Under the pieces are notes generated by a model that worked only from the letters and a program-made list of their open reading frames with translations, searched no databases and was not told the origin of the DNA. Positions 49,620-60,348 of a DNA stretch of 64,000 nucleotides are shown here, piece after piece. Numbering within the stretch: position 1 is the first letter of the stretch; every line of letters begins with the position of its first letter. Origin of the DNA: Macrostomum lignano (taxonomy: Eukaryota); assembly GCA_002269645.1 (NCBI GenBank), contig NIVC01002707.1:84274-148273 (forward strand). The letters run 5' to 3'. The position numbers and the translations under genes were made by a program.

Positions 49620-50426
49620 TCAAGCGGCAACATTTTCCATTGAGAATGTAAAATTGATTTTCTGTCCGGGTGGGCATTGAAACTCCATCTTCATCGATGC
49701 CGGAGCCATTGGCTGGGGGTTTTGCATCTGTTCAATTGGCTCAGGCTCAGGCACTGGCGGCGGCACTGGATTCGGCGGCTCCTGCTCGGGAGGCGGAATC
49801 TGCGGTGGCAACGGTGGCGGCGGCGGTGGCGGTGGCGGCGGCGGCGGTTGCGGATCCTGTCCCTGCTCATTGTTTTGATTGGGTTCCGGAGGTGGCAGTT
49901 GAAGTGGCGGCTGCGGTGGTGGCAGCTGATTAATGCCCTGCGAAACCAGGTTGAACACCTCTTGATTTGCTGGCCCATCGGCCAGTGGCACCTGCCGCCT
50001 GCCTAAACGACGTAGCCGCCGCACTGGGTTGCGATGGTCGACCGCAGCTGGTTGGCTGCGGAGCCTAGGGATCTTGCGGAAGTTTTTCCTAGTAAGGATT
50101 TGTTTGATTAGCCATCTGCTGCCTTCTGTTCTAGAATACTTCAGCAGGTTTGCCGCCGTGAGATTGAACCTGACCGACGGGTGGGCGGGCCTCAACCGCT
50201 GGCCTACGGCGGTTGCTAGCTGAAGCGCAACTTCGCTGGCCGGGCTGAGGCTGTTGCTTGCCTGGCAAATGGCCGGCACTGGCTCTGTTTTATCACTTAT
50301 GGCGGCAGTGGGAGAGCAGTATTGAAACAGCAGCCATGCAATGCAGAAGCAGATGGTGGACAGGCCAGCATAATTGCACAGGAATGAGATGGAGGGCTCA
50401 AAAAGGCTGACGATCGTCAGCATCAT
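49620..50426 (-). CDS. Unassigned 268-aa ORF, hydrophobic N-terminus and proline-rich C-terminal half
   Basis: ATG-to-stop ORF in GC-rich sequence surrounded by AT-rich DNA. No recognisable domain. Confidence 0.4.
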   Translation of the reverse strand: MMLTIVSLFEPSISFLCNYAGLSTICFCIAWLLFQYCSPTAAISDKTEPVPAICQASNSLSPASEVALQLATAVGQRLRPAHPSVRFNLTAANLLKYSRTEGSRWLIKQILTRKNFRKIPRLRSQPAAVDHRNPVRRLRRLGRRQVPLADGPANQEVFNLVSQGINQLPPPQPPLQLPPPEPNQNNEQGQDPQPPPPPPPPPPPPLPPQIPPPEQEPPNPVPPPVPEPEPIEQMQNPQPMAPASMKMEFQCPPGQKINFTFSMENVAA

Positions 50427-50879
50427 CTGTGTTGGTCAGGCGGCCTGGTGGCAATGCAAAAGGCTTTCGCTTTAAGTACGCAAGCAGTTGCAACCGTGAA
50501 TAATAATTTGCTGTGAATTTTGTTTGCTTCCTTTTTCTGACCTATTCTAGAATTTTCATAGCAAAATAATGATTTCAAATTTTAGGATACTTTACTCACA
50601 TACAGCTAGTGATAGTGTAACTATCAGCATTTAATAGTGTCTCGTTTTAACAATTTCAGAAGAAATAAACAAACATGTACTATCAGTATACAGAAATAAG
50701 GAATGCAAAACCAAGCCTAAATACTTAAAAGATAGCTTTGTACGAGCGCAAGAAAAAACTCTTAAATATAAAATGAGTAAACACAACAAAGTTTTGGTGG
50801 GACTTACCGATTATTCTTCACACACTTTTTTATTGGATTTCGATAAAAAAAATCCCAACACTTCAAGAGGCTTAAGAGG

Positions 50880-50992
50880 CTCAAGAGGCTTAGTTGTTAG
50901 TTCTTAGTTGTTCTTAATCCTTAATTCTTAGTTCTTAGTTCTTAGTTCTTAATTCTTAATTAGTTCTTAGTTCTTAGTTAGTTCTTAGTTGT
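50880..50992. repeat. (TTAGTTC)n microsatellite
   Basis: Degenerate 7-bp repeat read directly. Confidence 0.85.
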
Positions 50993-51760
50993 TAAAAGGA
51001 TTAGATGTCTGTAACTGCTTGGTTGTAGTTAGCTCGTACTTCTCATGCTAGATAAATTAACAAATTAAAATATATGTATTATATATATTATAGTTCCTTT
51101 TTATGAACTCACTTTTTCGACTCATAGAGGAGGTATATGAACAACTGGGCGTACGAAAGTTGTGTATTTTTAGATTGTGGAGTGGTCTACGGCTACGCTC
51201 GTAGTCGTACTTATAGGGACGAGAGAACACTGCATTGCACTGCGTACTGCACATACTGTTAGTACATTTCAGCTGCGTACAGCATTGCTTGATAAGTTGT
51301 GCATAGTCTTTGCCAACTTATGTCTACCCAACCTTGTTTATCAATTTTGATATGCATAATGTTAAAACAGTCATGTATCACACGCCTAAATGTAGAAAGA
51401 GACAAAATATGTAAAAATCGAAGGATTTTTGGCCTCGTTGATGGCGGTCCGAACCAGAATTTTAAATGCCAGATTTGTTTCAACGGCTATAGTTTTTCTA
51501 TAGTTAATGTACATTCTATAGTCCTTCTTGACGACATTAAATGTATTTTTTCATTGTATTATGAGCTGATGTGCAACTAAGAGCATCAAAAATTACTTCG
51601 CAAATATACAACTCATCATGGCTTAAAATTACTTTTAAATTTGAGATATATGGAAAAAACTTTCATTAATTCGTTCAGCAACTCAGTACTGTCAACTGTG
51701 CCATCAGTGTATTGAGTCCTCCGCGGAAAACAGCTATGGAACTCAACAGCATGTCGCAGA

Positions 51761-53380
51761 CTAGTTCAGACAGAAGTTCTCTTCCGCGTAGGCCCCAACG
51801 CACAGCGAGTACTTGATCACGTGCGCAATGTAGGGCTGCTCGTGTGTCCTGTGAAACAGGTGAGATCCGGGTCCCCTGGCGTAGATTGGCACGTCTTCAG
51901 CACCGTGTGACTCTGACGACTGGCGAATCAATGACTGAGTCAAGTACTCTGGATTGTCTGTGTCCACATCCGTCACGTTCTCTCGCCGGCCCTTCTTAAC
52001 CCCCGATGGACCGTCGCCGTAGTACAAGGGTGTGTAGGGCAGCTTGTCATCTGCCAACGCTTCACCCTTGTTGTTGTACTTATCATTTTTAGAGTAGGTG
52101 ACCTTGCCGAACAGAGGCTGCCCCCTGCGGCCGTAGCCCCCGATAGCGAACACGTGACTGTGATCCGCTGTCACAACCGTCAGAGTGTCGTTAGAATTCG
52201 TCAGCTGGCCCGCCACCTTTATCGCTTTGTCGAACGCGACAAGATCGTGCATGGATTTTTTGGCCAAGTTGTCGTGATGTCCGTGATCGATTCGTCCTCC
52301 CTCAACAAGCAAAGCGAATCCCTTGGGATTTTGGCTCAAAATTTCAATCGCCTTTCTGGTCATTTCCTCTATCGTCGGCTCCTTCTGATCCTTCTGATTG
52401 TCCACGTCAAACTGAAGATGCTTGGTAGCGAAGAGACCGAGGTACATCGCGTTGGAATCAAATTTTGTATTTCTGAGTTCCTCTTTTGTCTCAATGTAGA
52501 TTGCGCGACGCCCAAACCCTGCCTGCAGCTTCTTCCATCGCTCCACCAGGTTCTCTGAGCCGCTCCTGCTGCCCTTGACGAGCTTCTCTTTGATCTGATC
52601 AAAAGTTGTCTCAGTATTAGGCAGAAATTTTAGTCGACCACCACCAAAGATGACAGTAAAATTAATAGCATTGTCTACCAGCTGTTGGGCAATGTCCGGG
52701 CACATCCATCGCACGGACTCATCCTCAACATCCTCGTTCCTGTCGGTGTCATCCTCCCAGTTTCGTGAAGATGTATGCGAGTACGCCGCACCCGGCGTTG
52801 CATGCGTGATTCTCGTTGTGGTGACGATGCCGACCGACTTGCCGAGCTGCTGGGCTTCAGTCAAGAATGAGTTGACGTAGCGCTCCTTGAGCTGGGATGT
52901 GCAGTTGCTTGTTGTCACGAGTTCGTTCATGCCCATCGTACCAAACTTTGCCTTCACTCCACACAGGTAGGCAGTGGCGGTCCCCGCGCTGTCCGGAGTC
53001 TGCATGTCAGTGTTGTACGTCTTTGACAGGCCTGTGTGAGGGAACTTCTCAAATTCCAGCGTTGCCTCTTCGCCGCTTTTTCCGTCAAGCTGCCCTTTAA
53101 GGATGCGCCCAGCTGTGACGGATGTGATGCCCATTCCGTCTCCGAGGAAGAGAATGGCATTCTTGGCCCTGTAGTCAGTCCTCTGGTTGAATACTTCGGT
53201 GGCCGTCTTGAGATCCTGTCGAGCGATTGTTGTCCAGTGTCTTGGATCCGAGTTCAGCTTCAGAGGTACTTCTTGAGCTCTGCTTGATTTGCTCCTGATC
53301 AATCGGTGTGGTGACCCCTGACTCAGGGAGCAGCAGGTCAGGATGAAGACCGCCAGAACCAATCGAAGCTTCAAGCTCAT
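51761..53380 (-). CDS. Alkaline phosphatase (metazoan tissue-nonspecific type), intronless, 539 aa
   Basis: Signal peptide MSLKLRLVLAVFILTCCSLSQG. Motifs ILFLGDGMG, TPDSAGTATA (catalytic Ser), THATP, VEGGRIDHGHH, TADHSH and SHGAEDV include all the canonical metal ligands. ATG at 53380; the ORF track starts upstream at a non-ATG codon. Confidence 0.95.
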   Translation of the reverse strand: MSLKLRLVLAVFILTCCSLSQGSPHRLIRSKSSRAQEVPLKLNSDPRHWTTIARQDLKTATEVFNQRTDYRAKNAILFLGDGMGITSVTAGRILKGQLDGKSGEEATLEFEKFPHTGLSKTYNTDMQTPDSAGTATAYLCGVKAKFGTMGMNELVTTSNCTSQLKERYVNSFLTEAQQLGKSVGIVTTTRITHATPGAAYSHTSSRNWEDDTDRNEDVEDESVRWMCPDIAQQLVDNAINFTVIFGGGRLKFLPNTETTFDQIKEKLVKGSRSGSENLVERWKKLQAGFGRRAIYIETKEELRNTKFDSNAMYLGLFATKHLQFDVDNQKDQKEPTIEEMTRKAIEILSQNPKGFALLVEGGRIDHGHHDNLAKKSMHDLVAFDKAIKVAGQLTNSNDTLTVVTADHSHVFAIGGYGRRGQPLFGKVTYSKNDKYNNKGEALADDKLPYTPLYYGDGPSGVKKGRRENVTDVDTDNPEYLTQSLIRQSSESHGAEDVPIYARGPGSHLFHRTHEQPYIAHVIKYSLCVGAYAEENFCLN

Positions 53381-53938
53381 ACTTCTTTCCAAAGGATTTC
53401 TTTATATGGAACCGCGCGGAGATGTTTCGACTCTTGTCTTGGACTCTCGGTAGCAAACAATTTGGTTATAAATACTGGTGGGATCGCTGGGGACTTTGTC
53501 ATTCTAACTGGCTGGGGTCATGTTGAACCGGTATAGCACGTCGTGCCTGCATGGCGTAAGAAGTTCGTGTAGTTCACGTGTGGCTGGAGAATTATGCAAC
53601 TAATTCAATCCCCTTGGCCTTATCGACACGAGTGAAACAGTTTGGAACCGAATTTTCACTAGTGGCGACGGACCCCGTTCAGCGGGTATTCAGCAAGAGT
53701 GCGAGGGCTGCCGATAAGAGTTGTCACTTCATGTAGTTTTATTCGTCGGATTTCAAATATCAAATGGCTGTGCTTCAAAGGCCGAAGCACTTTGTCGACC
53801 TTTTCTGACAGTTAATGACAAAAGTTCATTATTAAATGCAAGCTAAATATAGCTTTTTTACCGAAAATTTGATTTAATTCCCAGACCACAGCTCATTGGA
53901 ATCAGCAGCTGGCGCCAACAGTTTCCCATTTAGTTCTT

Positions 53939-54170
53939 GGCCCGCTATCCGGCCCTCGAGTGCTTTGAAACTTTACAATAGCAATCCCGTCTGCTCAAGT
54001 TTGGTGTCTGTTTTCATTCTTTTCTTCTCTCCTCTCTTTTCTCCCTTTCCTCTCTCCTCTTTCCTATCTTTTTTCTTCTCCCCCTTCTCCTCTTTCCGCT
54101 CTCTCATCTCTCATCTCTTATCTTCTATTACCTCTCCGTTCCACTCTCATCAGACCCACAGCAGGCCCTT
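53939..54170 (-). mobile_element. hAT-like terminal fragment (family copy 4, inverted)
   Basis: GGCCCGCTATCCGGCCCTCG...TTTACAATAGCAATCC followed by a CT-rich tract. This is the reverse complement of the 38330-38690 family. Confidence 0.55.
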
Positions 54171-54407
54171 GAGGTAAAAAATGGTTTCTGAGCCTCTGCG
54201 ACTCAGCAACCAGTCTAATCGTCAAGCAACTCTCTTCGAATGTGATTGAGGCAACAATCGTGACAATCTGTGTTCATTCACAGAATTTCAATTATTCCAT
54301 CGGGCCTCTGCCTTTTTGTTCAAGCAAGGGCTGATGCCTTGCGTACTTTTTTGCTTTCTCTAAATATCCTGTCCTGAGTAAAATATCCTGTCACTTAGTT
54401 TTAGACC

Positions 54408-54850
54408 AGGGGTGTAGCCTGGATTTATGATTGGGCGTGCTGGTAAGGGGGCGCCAAGCCTGCTGGTAAGGGGGGGGGGCGCCAAGCCTGCTGGTAAGGT
54501 TGGCGCCAAGCCTGCTGGTAAGGGGGCGCCAAGCCTGCTGGTAAGGGGGGGGCGCCAAGCCTGCTGGTAAGGTTGGCGCCAAGCCTGCTGGTAAGGGGGC
54601 GCCAAGCCTGCTGGTAAGGGGGCGCCAAGCCTGCTGGTAAGGGGGGGGGCGCCAAGCCTGCTGGTAAGGGGGGGGGCGCCAAGCCTGCTGGTAAGGTTGG
54701 CGCCAAGCCTGCTGGTAAGGGGGCGCCAAGCCTGCTGGTAAGAAGGGGGCGCCAAGCGTGCTGGTAAGGGAGGGGGGCGCCAAGCGTGCTGGTAAGGGGC
54801 GCCACATGCCTTGCCAGCTGATTGGGGGTGGCAGCAATGGCTATCGCTTC
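54408..54850. mobile_element. hAT-type MITE remnant carrying a 21-24-bp minisatellite
   Basis: Begins CAGGGGTGTAGCC. The array GGGG(G)nCGCCAAGCCTGCTGGTAAG spans about 54437-54800. The right end is degenerate. Confidence 0.6.
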
Positions 54851-55672
54851 TTCATTTTACTTAAAAGCTACAAAATAATCTTATCTCCTTACCTAAAAAA
54901 TTATTGTGTGAGATTACTGTCCTGATTCTGTAAGTTTTTGCGTAGTCTTAGATTCGGTTTGTTTCTTTCTATATAAACTTTTTTACTATTTACTTCAAGT
55001 TTGCTTACCTGTATCCATCCAAACTATTAGCAAGTTTTTGTTTGAGTGTGACTTCAGATTTTAGAATGCATGCAAAAATAGCCCCGGGAATTGGAATTCA
55101 ACGGGTTTAAAATCTGCGGGCTTCAACAGCTTGTAGTATGTATACTATATTAAAGTATTAAAGTATGGCTTAATATAGTTAAATAATATAGTATTTTATA
55201 TAACCCATCACATAAAATAACAGACAGACCTAAACAGCATAAAATTTGGCAATCTAAAACGCAAACAAGGTAAAACTGCTCCAGGAAAATAAAATTTGTT
55301 ATCGTTCAAATTGAATTAAAAACAAAAGTGACGCGCTAAGCAGCTTAATTGGAATTTCAGAATAGTGATGGGTGAGCAGTGGGTTACAAGGAAAAAAACA
55401 AGTCTAATCGAAGAAAAACTCTTCATAAAATGCTTGACAAATCACTAAATAAAAAATAAGGCTTTATAAACAATCTCGAGACTTTCGGCTAAATAGAGAG
55501 GAAACAATCGAGAAAAAAAACCTGAGAATAGAAGCCTAGCACTATGTTGACTAGAGAAGAAGAAGCTATGCTCGCACCAAGCAAAAAATAAATAATCATT
55601 TTTGATCTGAATAAGTACGAGTATCTGCAAATTCAATGTTCCAATCAATGTTGATTTTGTTGGCAGAAGAGC

Positions 55673-57160
55673 CTACGGACAAACGGCTGGGTCAGTCAAG
55701 CCTTCCGCTGCCTCATCAACGAGTCGCAGTAGCGTCTGAGCAGTCGCCAGGTCCCGAAAGTACCGGAACTCCCTGTCGGCACGAGGCACAGGGCTGAGCC
55801 AGCTGCGGGAAGCCGTCGCGAGTGCCTCAGCCTCCGACTCGAGCTGCATCACCGAGCTTCTGTGGCCGAGCTGGGAGCTAGCATCTCTCAGCGCCATCAG
55901 GATGTACATTCGCTGCAGGCCGGGCTTCAGATGCGACTGCGCTTCAGCCAGGTGATGACTGAGCTGCCGCCTGAATCGAAAAATGTGGTTTGACAGAGTT
56001 GGATAAGCACAGAGTTGGATAAGCACAGAGTTGGATAAGCACAGAGTTGGATAAGCACAGAGTTGGATAAGCACAGAGTTGGATAAGCACAGAGTTGGAT
56101 AAGCACAGAGTTGGATAAGCACAGAGTTGGATAAGCACAGAGTTGGATAAGCACAGAGTTGGATAAGCACAGAGTTGGATAAGCACAGAGTTGGATAAGC
56201 ACAGAGTTGGATAAGCACAGAGTTGGATAAGCACAGAGTTGGATAAGCACAGAGTTGGATAAGCACAGAGTTGGATAAGCACAGAGTTGGATAAGCACAG
56301 AGTTGGATAAGCACAGAGTTGGATAAGCACAGAGTTGGATAAGCACAGAGTTGGATAAGCACAGAGTTGGATAAGCACAGAGTTGGATAAGCACAGAGTT
56401 GGATAAGCACAGAGTTGGATAAGCACAGAGTTGGATAAGCACAGAGTTGGATAAGCACAGAGTTGGATAAGCACAGAGTTGGATAAGCACAGAGTTGGAT
56501 AAGCACAGAGTTGGATAAGCACAGAGTTGGATAAGCACAGAGTTGGATAAGCACAGAGTTGGATAAGCACAGAGTTGGATAAGCACAGAGTTGGATAAGG
56601 TGCTAGGCGGATTAGGCTAGGGCTATTAGGCTGCCATAGACATGTCAGTGAAGAGCTGGGTGGATCTGGACGATAGGGACAATCAGAGTTGAGGATAAAA
56701 ACGGACTCAGTCCCAGCAAGACTCACCAGAGCTGCTCGGCTTCCGCCATCTCTTGCAGCCTCACCTGCGCCATCAGCAGCGCAGTCGCTTTGATCCGGCG
56801 GAAGTGGCACCGCAGGAAGTCACCAGCTCCGGTGCCGTTGCCGGTGAGCAGCAGGGCGTCAATTTTCAGCAACAGCGCGGCTTCGAACTGTTTCACCTGG
56901 CGATCCAGCGACTTGCCCCTGAGGCGGTTGCTGGCCGCCAGGCGATCCCTGAAGTCCTGCAGATGGCCAGCCGCGTCCAGGAGGTTCTTCCGAGCCAGCT
57001 GGCTGAGATTCCTGCAGAAGCACCTAGCGGGTCCAGTACGCTTCACCTGGCTGGCGATTCTGTGAGCCACACTGACCGTCCGGTGCCACGACGGCAACGT
57101 TGCGTCAGCAGCGCCAGCGAGCAGCAGCACAGGAAGAAGCGCAGATAGCCGAGAGTACAT
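55673..57160 (-). CDS. Secreted, predicted all-alpha orphan protein, 2 exons, 243 aa
   Basis: Exon 56727-57160 (ATG, signal peptide MYSRLSALLPVLLLAGAADA) and exon 55673-55970 joined by a phase-2 GT-AG intron (TG|GTGAGT ... TTTTTCGATTCAG|G). The joined frame is open, and both exons are GC-rich. Confidence 0.8.
55993..56599. repeat. Perfect 16-bp minisatellite in the orphan gene's intron
   Basis: ACAGAGTTGGATAAGC, about 38 copies with no variant seen. It explains the LIQLCAYPTLCLSNSV pseudo-ORFs. Confidence 0.97.
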
Positions 57161-58300
57161 GGCAAGTATATTGTCTTGACTAGTTGCTTGGATTAGCAAA
57201 AGATTAGCTCCTTTTATGCACCTAATCATCTCATTAGCATTGGAATTTCCGGGAAAGCAGGAATATGAGTTTCTAAAAGGCTAAAAATAGCTTCAGTTAA
57301 AATAATGGTGGATGAGGATGGCAAAAAGTTCATCTGGCTATTGTTGCAGAAACTGCCTCTGGGAAGACTTTTGCACATCATGGTTGGAAATTCCTAGGCT
57401 TCCTCATTCTCTATTTTTACTAGATGAAGAGATGCCAACCCATTTCCAGAAATATTTGCTTCTCGGCTCCATTGGGATTACCGAGAGTTTGTATACTGAA
57501 ATACTTTTGGCAGTATTTGTCTCTCGTGCCGCAGAAATACATCTGCTGCAGCTGCAGTGAGCTGAAGAAGAAGAATGCTGAGAAGAAAACAGTTGAGAGT
57601 AGGCCGTCTCACATCTGCATTTGTTAGACGCAGCAGACTCGTAAAACTCAATGCGAATCCGTAGCTGCTAGCAAAAAACTGCCCGCAGGCCTTCGATTCT
57701 TCTTAACTCCTGCAAGCAGCGTGAGACCTGTCTAGCTCTATCCAGGGCCCTTCACCAATTCCAAAACCAAATAACAACAAACTGAAAACAAAAAAAATTG
57801 CACTGGGTGTTTAGCAGCAACGCCACAAAAGTATACTTCACCGTAGACTACAGCTACGTGCTCGGAACAACATCAAGGATATAATATTGACAACAACTGG
57901 ACAAAATTAGAGTGGGACTACGTGTTGCAACACTTTCTAATGGAGCTTAGGAAGCCAAATGAAAACGGGGCACTGATACCAATTGAAGAATTCCGTTGTC
58001 TATGCTAGCGGAGATAAGCTACTGATAGTATCCGCAAGTTTTATCACTAGGGAATAGACAAGGCGAACAGGCAGAGTGAGTTACATGACAATACGCTCGT
58101 AATCCAGCTCACAGCAATACTCGTAATTTAAAATTTGGTTGCTATGTATACATGAAACTATTTGTGCAACGTTTTCCAACGAGCTTCAAACTGTTTTCTG
58201 TTACACCTGCAGAAGAGGTTGCTAATCGTAAACACCTACCGGTACATGTAGATAAACCAGTCGTTGCAGAGACCCAGTTCCCTTATAAAAGCGGCTGGGT

Positions 58301-58966
58301 TTACAAGCGAGTTATAAAGCGTCCCGGTTCGCCGGCGTCTGCTTCCCTGCTTGAATCGACAGCTTCTTCCGAACTGGCGGCAGGCACAACGGCTGAAGTC
58401 GGCTGTCTAGGTAAAGTGCCTGGCGGCGAGCCTGAGCTGGCCTCGATGGAGGTGCGATTAAGGTGGGTAGAAATCTCTCCGTCGTTACTCGAAACAACTG
58501 TCTGACTCAGAAAGGTCGACCGGCCCAGGCCGCTGTCGATCGCCCGCCTCAGGTTCTGTCGCCGAAGCTGAACGTTGTTCTCATTCACACCCGCTCGCGA
58601 GGCCTCCTCAAGAATCACTTCCGGCCTCACCATCGGGATCTTCTTTCCACCAGAGAGATCAAGAAAGCGCCGCATGCCGAACTCCACGACCTCAGTTGAA
58701 GCGCCTGCATTTCTCAGGCCGATTTCCAGCTCAGCCAGCATGAACAGCATGCGCAGGCAGACGTGCGGATACCCGTTGGTGGTCCGACAAATGCTGATGT
58801 ACTTGATGTCCTCCTTCCGGTTCAGAAGATCCCTCAGGCCGGTTACCTCCTGCTCATTGAGGAAGATGTTCATTGCAGTTTCTGACTGCTCGGCATTGGC
58901 GCTAATTAGCGAGCTGCACTTCACTGCCAGCTGAGTATCATTCCTGATCTCGGGAGCACTGGCCAT
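58301..58966 (-). CDS. Unassigned ORF (221 aa from MASAPE; the frame is open upstream to 59221)
   Basis: Non-repetitive open frame with no recognised domain. It is divergent from the Crypton-like fragment. Confidence 0.35.
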   Translation of the reverse strand: MASAPEIRNDTQLAVKCSSLISANAEQSETAMNIFLNEQEVTGLRDLLNRKEDIKYISICRTTNGYPHVCLRMLFMLAELEIGLRNAGASTEVVEFGMRRFLDLSGGKKIPMVRPEVILEEASRAGVNENNVQLRRQNLRRAIDSGLGRSTFLSQTVVSSNDGEISTHLNRTSIEASSGSPPGTLPRQPTSAVVPAASSEEAVDSSREADAGEPGRFITRL

Positions 58967-59699
58967 GTCGGTAGTTACCACTATTTGCTCAGTAAAGTGA
59001 AGCCTGTATCTGCCACAACCATATAGCAATGGTGTGCAAAGGAGCGCTCGGGAAGCGCAACTGATCTGAAGTGGCCGCAAGTGTCTACAGACTCCTGCAT
59101 ACTCTTTTATTATGCCTTCCAGCGTGTACAGCAGGTACGTATTTATTTTTATTACTTTCTCCAATGAGAGTTGGAAAATTTTTTTCTTCCATTGCATTGC
59201 TTGTTGAGTAGCATCCGTCATGTCAGCTTATATCCTACATACAAAAAATTAAATGCTTTAGTTTCAAACTGTTCCAGAGTAAAGCTCGTACGTTTCCAGT
59301 CACTTTGATGACGTTCCCTGCACACCATACTGCTTCTTTTCTCTGCTTCTGATCTTATCAGCAGTCAATATTTCTTTTCTCTACACTGAATGCCTAGCAG
59401 TATTCAGTGTAGAGTATCGCGCCTCGTCTGTTTCGCTCATTTCTGCCCTCAACAGCCTAACTATATTATATTGTAGCCAATCTAAGCCTGCCAACGAAGC
59501 GGGCGAAAAATGCCATTTCACGCCCGCTGAATCCATTCTATGGTCCAATTCCATTTGAAGTAAGCTATTGGCTTCATTTCTCGCCCGCTTCTTCTTGACT
59601 TTTCTATGGCCTAAGCACTCGAGACCTGTCATATTAATTCATGTTGAAGTCATGTTAGAAAGAAAAATTCATCGTGTTTTTATTCCTTTACTGTTTGTC

Positions 59700-60095
59700 G
59701 AATATGCTGCGTTATTCTTCAATACGCGAAGACGAAATTAGTGGATTGAGCTCAGATGAGCTCGATTTCATCACGCATCTCGATCCTCGGGACCATGTCG
59801 ACAGAATCGGTCAATGGACAGGGCTGACGGATGAGCAAGAGAGGCTAATTGATGAGGAACTACGCAATCCTACGCCGGACGATCACGTTGGAAACCTGTT
59901 TCGTGAATTGACCGAAGAAGAAGAAGCTGGCCTACATCATGTGGAGCAAGAAAGTAAACGGAAGTCGACGATTAAGCAAACTGAATTGTATATTCGCAAA
60001 CGAAAAGTTTCTACGCGCGGAGAATTTACCTGATCACATCGAGAATATGCCAGTGAGGTATCTCAACTCCTATCTACGCCTGTTCTTCGTTCAGT
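59700..60095 (+). pseudogene. Crypton-like (tyrosine-recombinase transposon / DUF3504-associated) N-terminal fragment
   Basis: FRELTEEEE...KSTIKQTELYIRK, then after a frameshift at about 60001 EKFLRAENLPDHIENMPVRYLNSYLRLFFVQ. This resembles the RF..L.EEE...NT.K.T.W....F..WL....N....E..P..ELN..L..F pattern of CryptonA/KCTD1/ZMYM-type proteins. Recognised by eye. Confidence 0.55.
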
Positions 60096-60348
60096 TTAAC
60101 TTTAATCAATCAAACTAAGGTCAGAAGGTATACCGCGTGAGAAATCGAAAGACTTGTCAATGGACTATTTATCTAATGTTTATCTCATGTTAATGTTAAT
60201 ATCTCATGTTAATGCTAATATTAGCTCAAAATATACACATAGTTTCTTTGTGCCCACTTGGGGCCATAGACAACTTTTGCTGGCGGGCAGACATCGTTGC
60301 TTTCACCCTCGTTTCGGCAGGCTTAGGACTGCTAAAATATTGCTTTTG

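Noticed and set aside
55673-56810. Cys-rich repetitive ORFs (LIQLCAYPTLCLSNSV)n
   Set aside because: They are read-through of the 16-bp intronic array; only 55673-55970 is exonic.
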